The position numbers were made by a program, and so were the translations under genes. Shown here piece after piece: positions 20,521 through 39,400 of a stretch of DNA of 64,000 nt (position 1 is the first letter of the stretch; every line of letters starts with the position of its first letter). Below the pieces are notes generated by a model that had not been told where the DNA came from, searched no databases, and saw only the letters and a program-made list of their open reading frames with translations. Location of the stretch: contig NIVC01003243.1 in NCBI GenBank assembly GCA_002269645.1, positions 45,400-109,399 on the forward strand. The letters run 5' to 3'. Source of the stretch: Macrostomum lignano. Taxonomy: Eukaryota.

Positions 20521-22346
20521 CTAGTTCTTGTGTTCTGCAATGTTTTGTGCAAAAATGAGTCACGCTTCGTTAAGTGGTTACGCAATCGGTTGAGTACAAG
20601 GTGCATGGGAGAATGTGACGCAATCAGCCGTTGCTGTGAAGTGTTATGAAAATATTGTTGTAAGAAACACTAAGAAAAAGGAAGGAAGAAGGAAGAAGAA
20701 GGAGGAAGGAAGAAGGAAGAACACTAAGAAACACTGGAAGAAACTCTGTAAGAAACACACTAAGAAAAATAGTGTTATGAAAAATTCACTCCATTGATCA
20801 TATTTGACCAATAAAAATTCTATCAGGCTCTTTCTAGTCAGACTTTGCGTACGAGGGTGGTTTTAACTATGATCAGTTAATTGCTATATTATCATAAAAT
20901 CAAGTAATCGCATCAAAGCTACAGGTATTGCATAAAAATTATGTTATTACCGTGATAATTAGTTCCAAAATAGAGTAGCCGTTGCCTCTCGGTCAAGTAT
21001 AAATTAGGTTAGAGGCACATACCACCATGTGGAGTTCAGACTTAGTATTAGCTTGCATTGGAATGTCTTCACTTTGTTTTTGTAGCCACAAGCTATATAT
21101 ACAATGCGCACATTGGGTTTATACTTTATCTGGCTTATCTAATGCAGTACTTTAGCGGGGGTGCTTCTAGCAAACTGAGGCAGACTATGTGGAGACAAAA
21201 TGCATTCGTGACCAGTCGAATCCGGGAGTTATCTCCAAGTCGTGCGAGCTTCAGTTTTCTAAACGTACATCGCTGTAAACATGTAAGTTTTATTTTCTTA
21301 TCGACAGTTTGCTTAGCGAGCGGTAGTTCTTGAAATTGTTTAAATTTTTCACATTTTTCTTGAAATAAGCAATTGAGATGACTTATTTTCAATTCGCTAG
21401 GAATTACAGAGTCTGCTCGAGAGTCTGACAAGTTATTTTTTCGTTGAATGAATCGCTAAATGAATATACGAGAGTAACATATCGTTGGATGCGTGCATGT
21501 AGTTTCACTCGGTTACCTTAAAAATAAACTAATTGAATCCTTCAGTAACATTCATCTCTATCTTCAATTTCAGCCCACGCGCATCTGGAGCTGTCGTTTT
21601 GGCAACCTCAGCCGGCAAAGCAGATAAAAGTTGCCAAATCAAGTCAATGAAGTGTATTATTTTTTAATTTAATTTATACGAGCGTACAATGATGCAGAGC
21701 TCGGCGCCTTTATTGCTCGCTTTGAGACTGAAAAGTAGAAATAGCATGGCAAAACAAGACAAGAAGTACATGTAAGAGACCTATGTAGAATTAAGAAAGC
21801 GTTGACGTCAGAGATATGGATAGCAAGAGAGATAACAAACGGTGGAGGCACGCAAAAAAGACAAAGTACAATTTAAAATGGGCCAAACCGGTTTTGGGGA
21901 GGGTCAGTCGAACCCCGCCTCAAGGAGTCTGAGCCATGGCAACAAACAAAACAAATACTGGCACAACTCTCCTCCAGCGGAAAAAAACTGTAATCGCACA
22001 CGTAAACCCATTGAGCTTAGTCTTCGCTTCTTGTGCCCTGTAGCACAGAACCTGTGGAAAATAAACCAAATAGACCAGGCTGGCAAGAGCGAGACACAGA
22101 CTTTCTTAGAAGAGACGTACTGCTTGCTTTTAGTCGTAATTATAGCAGGTGTATTTCTGTGGCCCTCTTTTCGCGCATTTAATAATAATTAATATTTTGA
22201 GCATTGCTACTCTTCATGATGATTATATGCATATCAAATTATTTCGATCCTTACGAGTCAAACTCTGCCCTTAAAAATGATTTTAAAAGGCTGCTGCAGA
22301 TTGTGACTAAATGTCACTTGAGCTGCTGGTGATAATGTCTTCTCCA

Positions 22347-22996
22347 CCTACCCTAGAAGGCTCTTCAGGGATTAGCAGAATGTGCGACGCCGACAGCAAA
22401 GTACATGTGCGAGTCAAGTCAAGTCAGGATGTGTAGTAACTGACTCGGGTTCATATTATCAAAGAAGTAGTCTTCTGGATACACTGAGTCAGCTGTTCTC
22501 GTCACGAGCGTACCAAGCTGTAGTCGAAGATTGCTGAACAAAAATTCATTTTCTTGCGTTTTCAAAACATTTTTATCAGCCTAGCCATCAAGGTTGTCAA
22601 TAAGCGATAGCGTTTTCGTGGGTAAAAACTACATAAAATTCGAAAAAAGTCCATTGCGGTAGTATAGTTATAATGCTCTATGCGACTACTATAAGTAGTA
22701 AGCCGAGGTAAAGTCATTTCTGACGTGCTTTTCAAAGTCGCTCTGTGTGCTGTGTCCAAAGTTAACATTTTAATAGGATTTTTGGCAAGCAGGAATAGCT
22801 GGCATCAAGATACATGTACCAAGTTATAAGGTATTCTGGAGCTCCGTTACAAGTTCGTAGAATCGCGCTAGACGCTCTTCTACAGGACTTTGTGGTTTTT
22901 GTTTCACATTGCGCTTGTTGGCGTACTTGAGTAGCGCAGCTTGCAGCTCTTCGTTCTCATCCGGCTCGCGCCAGACCTGCGGCCAGTGGACGGTGA
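22347..22996. repeat. Composite duplicate of three separated upstream blocks, including a fragment of the GBP-like ORF
   Basis: 22347-22500 resembles 11505-11660, 22560-22833 resembles 13915-14190, and 22834-22996 resembles 16930-17092. Same order and orientation. Confidence 0.85.
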
Positions 22997-23739
22997 GTTT
23001 ATGACAAACTACAACACGTATACTATATATAAAAACAGCATTTTAATCCATTCAAATTCTCCAATCCCAAGCTAAAATCTCACAAGAGTTTCTACCAGCG
23101 TACCTTAGACAATGCTTAATATTTCCGAGGTCGGATGGCTGTACGGAAATCATCGGACGCAAGAATTAAAACGTTTAAAACATCTGCCAAAGTTTGCGGT
23201 TTTTGTATCTGATACGTTATGACAATTAAAAACTTTTGTTGTACCGTATTTATAATATGCCAAAATAGCAGCCAGAAATCAATCTTAAGATTGTACATAC
23301 ATGTCGAAGTTCCTGTAACTAAATGAATTAGCAGAATGTATGTAGAAACAGTGGTAATCAAGTACGTTAAAGATCACAAGTGCCTAAAAGAAGAAATTCT
23401 TCTAAAATCATGAAAATACAGCTGCAGTCACTGTCAGTAAATAAGGGTAACTTTATAATTAATAATTACACAAATCAACACCCACGCAACTCAGTCGCTG
23501 TGTCAAATCAATCGGTTGAAATAATTTGTGAACCAATGATAGCGGAAATATAAAATAGCTAAAAACCGATGCACTGCACCGATTGAAATAGATATTAAAT
23601 TTACTTAACACGAATACGCAAAGTTCAGTGCACTGTACATAGCAGCTCTTATTAAATTTTATTGTCTTTCTGCACCCTAAAGTGTAGACGTAAGTCTGGG
23701 TTTTGCTTTGGTCTTTGCAGACCCGCAGAAGCCTTCCAT

Positions 23740-24490
23740 GGGAGCTGTCCTTGAGGGGAGCTGTCCTTGAGGGGAGCTGTCCTTGAGGGGAGCTGTCCAT
23801 GAGGGGAGCTGTCCTTGAGGGGAGCTGTCCTTGAGGGGAGCTGTCCTTGAGGGGAGCTGGCCTTGAAGGGAGCTGTCCTTGAGGGGAGCTGTCCTTGAAG
23901 GGAGCTGTCCTTGAGGGAAGCTGTCTTTGATGGAGCTGAGCTGTCCTTGAGGGAAGCTGTCTTTGATGGAGCTGTCCTTGAGGGGAGCTGTCCTTGAGAG
24001 GAGCTGTCCTTGAGGGAAGCTGTCTTTGATGGAGCTGTCCTTGAGGGGAGCTGTCCTTGAGGGGATCTGTCCTTGAGGGGAGCTGTCCTTGAGGGGAGCT
24101 GTCCTTGAGGGGAGCTGTCCTTGAGGGGAGCTGTCTTTGAGGTGAGCCGTCCTTGAGGGGAGCTGTCCTTGAGGGGATCTGTCTTTGAGGGGAGCTGTCT
24201 TTGAGGGGAGCCGTCCTTAAGGGGAGCTGCCTTTGAGGGGAGCTGTCCTTGAGGGGATCTGTCCTTGGGGGAGCTGTCCTTGAAGGGAGCTGTCCTTGAG
24301 GGTAGCTGTCTTTGAGGGGAGCTGTCCTTGAGGGGAGCTGTCCTTGAGGGGAGCTGTCCTTGAGGGGAGCTGTCTTTGAGGGGAGCTGTCTTTGATGGAG
24401 TTTTCTTTGGGGTGAGGAAGCCGTCTTTGATGGAGCTGTCCTTGGAGGAGCTGTCTTTGAGGGCTGCCGTCTTTGAGGGGTGCTGTCTGT
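23740..24490. repeat. 16-bp minisatellite (TGAGGGGAGCTGTCCT)n
   Basis: Direct reading of the sequence. Confidence 0.97.
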
Positions 24491-24760
24491 GAGAGTTTAG
24501 TATTTCTCAGGCGGGAGGGCTAAAGCCCCATTAGCCCCTCCTCCCATGGATTCACCACTGGACCATCAGGTACATAAGTGAGAGAACCATTCGCGATCTA
24601 GCAATAATTTACTTATTAGAAACTTCCATAGCATATCTTGAGCCATTTCTGGACACTTCATCTATGGACTATGTTGTACAGGTAGGTTTATAACAAGTGA
24701 CCTAGTAAAATTTGATTCACATCAACGCTACAGCCAGCTCGAAATTCGCCAAGTGGATTA

Positions 24761-25050
24761 TCACTCCTCCCTAGATTGAATGTGCCGCATGTACTCGGCC
24801 GTAAGGGTGTCGCCAGCTCCGCCACGTCTCTGCTGATCATCGTCATCCTCGGCTGCTGCGATGGCGCTGCCGTTGCTCAATCGTCGTCTCGGAGCCGGCC
24901 GGGGAGGCGAGTCGGTGCCACCGCCGCCGCCGCCGCTTCCGCCGCTTCCGCCGCCAGAAATGAGCTGCTGCTGCTGCAGGCTCATCATCAACGAGGGCGA
25001 CGCCGCCTTCTGCACCATCACCAGCTGGGTTCGGGCTGTGCGGAACCGGT
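24761..25050 (-). CDS. MKS1: Probable alternative (duplicated) terminal exon of MKS1
   Basis: Acceptor TTTTTCAAAATCCACAG|AC has the same phase (1) as the canonical last exon. It translates (N)RFRTARTQLVMVQK..., paralleling (N)AFQRARQRLQEARR, and stays open to TAA at 24761. Confidence 0.6.
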
Positions 25051-25344
25051 CTGTGGATTTTGAAAAAAATGGAAGTCGGTCCCGATTGAGATTCCTGGTA
25101 TTTTTCTGGGTTCTCAATGCTGCTACCTGAGATTGCAGCAAGGATTCCAGCACGTATAATAAAATGTGTATCCAACAGAAACTTTCTATCTTTGAGTTCT
25201 TGGAAAATATTCAGAAATAGATAGAATAGAAATAGAAATAGAAAGAGATAGAAAAATAGAGAAGAGTACTTATAGAAGTATTACGAGCTACCTGTAGTAG
25301 TGTTCTATCAAATAAAGTATTGGTAGTGTAATGAAGATTACAAA

Positions 25345-25590
25345 AGCCAGTGATCTGGCGCGGCGCTCTGATATGCCAGCGGCCCAGGCTCGATTCCAAG
25401 TGCATTGATTTTGGAGCTATATTGGAATTTAGGCTTGGCTCTGCTCGTGCAATTAACGCCCAGCTTGAGGGCCAACCCCCAAGGCACAGTGAAGTGTACA
25501 TGCCTAACGATAAATAAAGTTAGGGGCCGCTGCGTACATATCCGCGCGCTTGTGTGCCTGCTCAGGGGAGTCGGCGGACTGGACAGTAAG
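25345..25590 (+). mobile_element. tRNA-derived SINE family A
   Basis: B-box GGCTCGATTCC. Body is close to the reverse complement of 15060-15415. Confidence 0.8.
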
Positions 25591-25923
25591 GCTAATTTAC
25601 TAATGTCATTAATAAAACGTTCAATCAAAGCCCCTTGATTGTGGCAGAGTCTTTAAGACAAGTCTAATAGAAGTTGCACAACGTCAAAATAGAAAATGCA
25701 CTGCGGGTGACAGACTAATTTATGATTCCGCCTCTGAAGAAATATTTTGACGAAAAGTGAAAAAAAGACTAAGAAAGAAATAATAGTTTCATTCAGAAGT
25801 CGCTACTGGCAGTCAAAGAAGGAAATAAAAAAGTAGAAAAAAAGAATAAAAGTACATATGCACTTTAGTCACAAAAGTACACGTGCACTTTGGTTTAAAG
25901 TACGAGCGTACACGTGCACGCAA

Positions 25924-32657
<6,734 letters not shown>

Positions 32658-33411
32658 ATTTATGGATATTTTTTATTCCTGCGGTAAACCAGGATAAAGG
32701 CAGTATACAGCTATCGGAAGAATGAAAAAAGACTAACATATTTTATTTAGAATTTTGAGCCGACGCTTTTTATTGTATACAGTAATGATTAAATTTTTGA
32801 TACGAAAACTGTATAATGTTCTTAACTAATAATCTTAGCACACGAGCCGCTCCACGCAGCATAAAAAGTTTTAAATAAAGAGTTTTGTTATACTGGGTTA
32901 TCTCCTAAGAAATCTCATTTAAATAAAATCCATTTTAGGTTTCACGTGTACTTTTTAAAAAATAGTGGCACTAACGCCAAGTTTTTTACTGACAAGTCGT
33001 AGAAATCATTGTATTTTTTATAAAGATCTATTAGCGCTTGTTTTGCATCGATTACCTATTTAATTTACCTACCCTTTTATTTTTCATTGCAGCCGTAGTA
33101 GTCTACACTAGCTCAGCAATCCTATACTTTGTTCCATTACAATTCAGTGACTGTAGTACTACTAACTATTATATTTTATTTATTTAACATTAATTTAGGC
33201 TAGGTCGTTAGTTAGGCCCTAGTTCTCTCATTTCTGGAGCCACCGTCTACTTGCAATTAATGATTCAACTTAATAAGCAATAGCCAATATTAGGGCCTAT
33301 ATAACGTGTCAGTAATAGAAGAGAACAGTTGAAACCGTTAACATTTTGTTGCAAATTAATAAACTGTCTCAAAGTTAGTATTGCGTCCAGGCTATTTAAA
33401 GTTAAAGAGCA

Positions 33412-36400
33412 ATGTATCAAGTTCAAAGTTGCATTGAAGCAGTGCCTTCAGCATTAGTAATTTTTTTCAGTGTTGCTTTCTTTGCAACAATAGATTATTT
33501 GCTAAAGAGAGTGTCTCAAAATCCGAATTCTTTGGTTTACTACCTGCTATTTTCTCAATTGGTTGTAGAGCCATCAAAAACTTGTGTTGAAATAAATGGG
33601 AATCATCCTTTAACTACTGATTTAGACTTACAAACAACAAATTCAAATGGCCACATGGCTAGGCCTAACAAAAGTGATAGCTCCAAAAATAATAAAAATA
33701 ATAAGATTTGGAAAATGCAAAATATATTTTTATCAGAAATTCATTCCATTGTTAGTGGCCCACTTGCTTTTGTTTGGTAAGTATATTATATTTGTATTAA
33801 TAACTGAATATATTATTTTATTTAGGCAGTTGTTATTTGTCTGGTTATTGAATCCTGACCATGCTTTCCTATTTATCCAGTTAATACTGGTTAAATAGAC
33901 ATTTTGTTATTTGTCTGGTTAAATTGATAATGCTAAAATATCTAGTTCATAAAAACCAAAAGGGTAAATATTCCTAGACTTCAAAGACTTCTTACTTGTA
34001 TCTTGATTATTATATTGTTATACTAGTGTGTGTCTTATATACACCAAATTATGCCGAATTGAATATACTGCTTTACTCACACTCACTCAAGTATACAAGA
34101 AAATTCAGCTATAGTATCTGTCTTGCCATTGCACAAATTTACTTTGCTGACCATTGGGCTGTGTGTCCAAACAGCTAAATATACAAGATGAAAAATGGGC
34201 CTAAAATAAGAGCTGTGCTCGTGTGAAGTTAAGTATATGTAGCAAACATAGAAAATTGGTAAAGGTATCACGGTATCAAAATATATTAATCAGTATATGA
34301 GAAAAGGTCTTAAAAATCTAGAATATTCATCACGAAACTAATAAGATATTTGTGTTAGCAATTTAACCAGATAAATAGCAAAAAGGCTATTCGTCCGGTC
34401 ACTGGACAAATAACAACTGCCTTTTATTTAAGCAATTTGTCTTTAAAAAATCTGTTAAATCTTAAAATGCCATATTAAAGAGCATGTCATATATGCTAGA
34501 AATTTCTAGTGTATACCTTTGTTGGGACTTGGAACTTAGTATTTTATCTACTATTTTGGCAATCTCTAATTAATACCAAGCTATATACCCAAGGGTAATC
34601 TATGGGGCCTTTCTATATACTAATTTATATACCAATGCTTAATATGGTCTATTATCAGTATTTTAGATTTGCCTTTCCATTGCTCTATAATTGCTTTAAT
34701 TGCTCTATTGCTCTATTTGGATCTATACATTGATATAGATCCAAAAAGTTAAATTTGAAAATATAGATTACTAAGATATGTATATTATTATTAGAAATTA
34801 CTAGCAGATTTTTAAGGTTATATCCTATCTATATAAAAAAATTTCAATTTCAATAGAAGGCACCTTGCCTGGGTACCAGACTATTAGTCTGCCAGCTATT
34901 TGTCTGCAGGCAGGCAAATAGTCCAAATTGAAAAGTTTTAAAAAATTTCAAAAGGTGCTGCGCTAATAATCAAGAAGATTCTAAATGTTTTTTTTCACCT
35001 ATTTTTTCAAACAATTATATTCCAAAAATGAAGAAAAAGTTGGTTATATTCATGTAAAGTGTACTCTGCTGCAAAAGCTTTCTCTCCTTCCAAGATTCTA
35101 AGATTCTAAGCTATCAGCCTTTAGTTAAATAAAAACATCTGCTGAGTGAAGTATCATACAAATATATGTAAATATTAAAATATATATACAGTGAGAAGTG
35201 TCATATATACACATATACTATTTTGAAGTTGGGATTTTTCGAGTGACACATTAAACTACTATAACAAAGTTAGGAACTCTACTATGCTATAAGTTATTAG
35301 AATGTTTATTGCCAATATGACTTGTTGCTAAAATAGAAGCATCTTGTCACCAAAGTGTCCAAAAACCTATATCAGTTACCATATCCACTATTTAGCACTA
35401 GCAGACAAATAGTCCACTGGCCATTTGCCCAGGGTAGACACATAGTCTGGCAGACAAATAGTCAAGGATCTGTATGCCTTTTCCCTAAATTTACCATTAT
35501 ATATATAACTCTAGGTCTTTACTTAATTGATACTAACTATACACTTTACTTTTTTTTACCAGAAAATGACTTATTTATATAAAAGAAACCTAAGCAAAAA
35601 TTTATACATTTTTAGATAAATGGCAAAAGTAACATGACTATTCTTTTGCCTATCCAGAAAGTCATTGAGAATATTTAAAATAACTAGTCAAAACTATTAA
35701 AAAACATGGTAGTAATACATAGTACTAGTTGCTTATGTAATGTCCCCTTATATTGATTATATATTTGTAAAATTGTCAATTATTTGCTGAAACTCTCTTT
35801 TCAAGCAATCTTTTATCAAGACCCTCTTGCCCATTGCAAGCAACATAGCTTCTCAAACTTCATTGTGATTGTTAAATATAGTCAATAACCCCCTTGTCTA
35901 AGCTAGTACCTATTGTTTTATTTTATGTTAGTGTTGTTTAGATGTATCTATGTCTTATCTTCCGTCTCATTTTTGTTGTAAAAAAATTTTCCATGCCTTC
36001 TTTGTCAAAAAGTAGCTAAAAGCCTGCAAACCTATTCTTGTTAGGGAGAGCTTGCAGAATCCAGATAGCAAAAACTTTTCAAAGTGCAAATCCAAATGCA
36101 AGTCAAAATTTTGTGTAGTTGTTTTTCTAATTTCTACTAAGTCAGTAAGGTCTTGGATATGAACTTTTGGATCCTCTTCAATAAAAGCTTGGTAGGTCTA
36201 GATCAGTTCTATTGTCCTTGTTGATCATGATTGGCCATACATGTGCAACTTTGGAAATCACCTGGCCATTTCTATTGGCAACACACACATGTAAGTTGCT
36301 ATTGGCTGAGAGCAGTCACGTGACTACTATTCCATCCAATAGCGACTTACATGTGTTGCCAATAGAAATCGCCGAGTGAATCCCAAGGTTGCACCCAAGC

Positions 36401-39400
36401 ATGTGACTGGCAGGTCCAAGGAGCTAAGGCCAGGGGAAATACTTCAAAGCCATAGAACTTAAGTACCATTTGTAAACAATTGATTGACCTGGTGCTGCAA
36501 CTCTATAAACTTTGAATAGCTCATCATGGATATTCCAAGACTGTATTTAGCATAGGTATAAGTCTAGAAGTCTTCTATTTTAAATAAATCATAGTCAAAA
36601 TTTGCTATCTTGATCATTGTGTTGTATTGGTTATCGAGCACTTGATATTGCTACTATAATGCCCCCTGCCCCCAATTTTGCTACTATAATGACAATAATT
36701 TTTACCATAGACATTTAAGTCTAGTATTGAAATTATTTATATGATTCTTAAGGTATTTTATTGGCAATTCTATGAGTGATTTATATACAATTCTAGAGGT
36801 TGTTTATAGGCAGTTCTAGGGGTAGTCCGGTAGTTTATTGGCAAATCTATGGGTAGTTTATTGGCAGTTCTAGGGGTAGTTTATTGGCAGTTCTAGGGGT
36901 AGTTTATTGGCAGTTCTAGGGATAGTTTATGGGCAATTCTAGGAGTAGTTTATTGGCAGTTCTAGGGATAGTTTATTGGCAATTCTAGGGGTTGTTCATG
37001 AGAAATTCTAGGGTTAGTTTATGGGCATTCTAGTAGTTTATTGGCAGTTCTAGGGGTAGTTTTTTGGCAGTTCTAGGGTTAGTTTATTGGCAGTTCTAGG
37101 GGTAGTTTATTGGCAGTTCTAGGGTTAGTTTATGGGCATTCTAGGGGTAGTTTATTGGCAGTTCTAGGGGTAGTTTATTGGCAGTTCTAGGGTTAGTTTA
37201 TTGGCAGTTCTAGGGGTAGTTTATTGGCAGTTCTAGGGTTAGTTTATGGGCATTCTAGGGGTAGTTTATTGGCAGTTCTAGGGGTAGTTTATTGGCAGTT
37301 CTAGGGTTAGTTTATGGGCATTCTAGGGGTAGTTTATTGGCAGTTCTAGGGGTAGTTTATTGGCATTTATAGGGGTAGTTTATTGGCAGTTCTAGGGTTA
37401 GTTTATGGGAAATTCTAGGGTTAGTTTATGGGGAATTATACGGTTAGTTTATGGGCAAGGGCAATTATAGGGGCGGTTTATGGGAAGTTTTGGTTTCAGT
37501 GCACATCATGACATATCAAGTATACTTTTTGAATCTTGGTCCTCAACTCTGAATGCCAAATGGTTCACTCAAAGCTAGACACTATTTAATTTAAGTTCAG
37601 TATTTTCCTTGGATGTCCCGACTTCTATTAATTGTCAAATTTAAGTAATCTGTAAGCATGGAGTCTGCAGACTTCTGCAACTTCTGCAAATTCAAAGGGT
37701 AGGGTAATTCTCACATTAAAAGGCTAGGGCTTTATATTGCTTTTTTATAATTCTCATTTCAAACTTTTATATTTGATTATTTATGTCTGAACATTAATCC
37801 TCCTTTCTCCAATCAATTTTTAGTGTTTACCTGCGACCAGCAATGTTGGAAGATGTTGTTAGCACCTGTACACCATTGGCCCTCAGGCTAATTTGCTTCT
37901 CGTTAGGTAATTTTTATTACATAAACATACTGTGGAGTTATTGTATAAAATTAAAGTTGCAGCAATTTCCATGACTTTAAATGACCCTCAACCCCCGGCG
38001 CGCTCTCATCTCTCATCTCTCATCCTTTCTCCATTCATCTCCCCCCTCCTCTTATCTCATTTCTTCTCTTACAATCCTTCTCTCCTCTCCTCTCTTCTCT
38101 CTTATCTTCTCCCTCATCCCTCATCCCATCTCTCATCTAGCCTCTCACCTCTACTCTCTTCTGTTATCTCTTTTCTTCCTCTTCTTTTCTCTCCCCCATT
38201 TCCTCTCCTTCCCACTCTCATCTGGCCCTCAGCAATGATCTACTCTTAGATCCTTTATCTGGCCCTTGAGGTAAAAAGAAGTTTGCCAACCACCAGTCGT
38301 TTCATAGTCGCAGGACAATAAAACGTTTCAAAGTGACTCTTAGGCGACTCTGATGAATTTTAACGCCCATGAAAAAAATCGCTAAAAGTTAGACAGAGAC
38401 AGTTAAAAGCACTATTGTATCTAACTGGCTAACCTTCTACTAACATTTACCGTATTGCATTCCAGGCTACTTTGTACACGACTCAATTCACATGCTACGA
38501 AGAAAGGTTTCAACGGAAACTATTGAACTACTATTTCACCATTTTATTGTAAGTTGGCAGACTTATTGCCGTGTCTTGAGTTGTGAATTCTAATTAGTCT
38601 GCACTTTTGCCCAGTTGCCCTTTGATCGGTAGCTCAATTATCACTATTTCAACTAGTGTGCTGCGTTCTTTTTAGTGGCGTGACTTTTTATAGCTCAATT
38701 CTGCAGTATTTCTTCGTTCTGTGTAAGGGTGCAAAGGGTAGCTCTAAACTGGTTAATCTCGCTATTCTATTGATAGCGTAGTCGGCTGACTTTAGAATTT
38801 TTTTGGCTCTTTCTGCAACCCTGCCTTATCTTAGCTTGCAGTTTTCTTTGTGGACTTTTGACTTTATGAAAAATCATATATTGTATAACAAAAACTATGA
38901 TAGAACTTTATAAACTGGGTTTGCATTGGTCGTATGCTAATGGGCTTAGGTACGCAGCAACACATTGAAGTATCAAACCCATGCTGAAGTTTCCTAAAAT
39001 TGCTATGGAACTTAATGAGTCCTCGATGATGCATTATAAACTCACACTAAAGCATTATAAACTCACACTAAAGCATCATCAACCCACACTGAAGCATCAT
39101 AAACCCTCACTGAAGCATCATCAACCCTCACTGAAGCATCATAAACCCTCACTGAAGCATCATCAACCCTCACTGAAGCATCATCAACCGACACTGCAGC
39201 ATCATCAACCGACACTGAAGCATCATTAACCGACACTGAAGCATCATAAACCCACACTGAAGCATCATCAACCGACACTGCAGCATCATCAACCCATACT
39301 TAAGCATCATAAACCCTCACTGAAGCATCATCAACCCACACTGAAGCATCTTTAACCCACACTGAAGCATCCCAAACCCACACTGAAGCATCATTAACCC

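Noticed and set aside
24843-25175. Standalone small genes (130-aa ORF 24761..25153 from its upstream start; overlapping 110-aa ORF)
   Set aside because: The upstream part is AT-rich and intron-like and ends in a good acceptor at 25051. Only 25050-24761 looks coding, and it is better explained as an MKS1 alternative exon.
33800-37800. Hidden gene in the 4-kb AT-rich TLCD intron 1
   Set aside because: Only short ORFs (<80 aa) without motifs, and no convincing exon chain was found.
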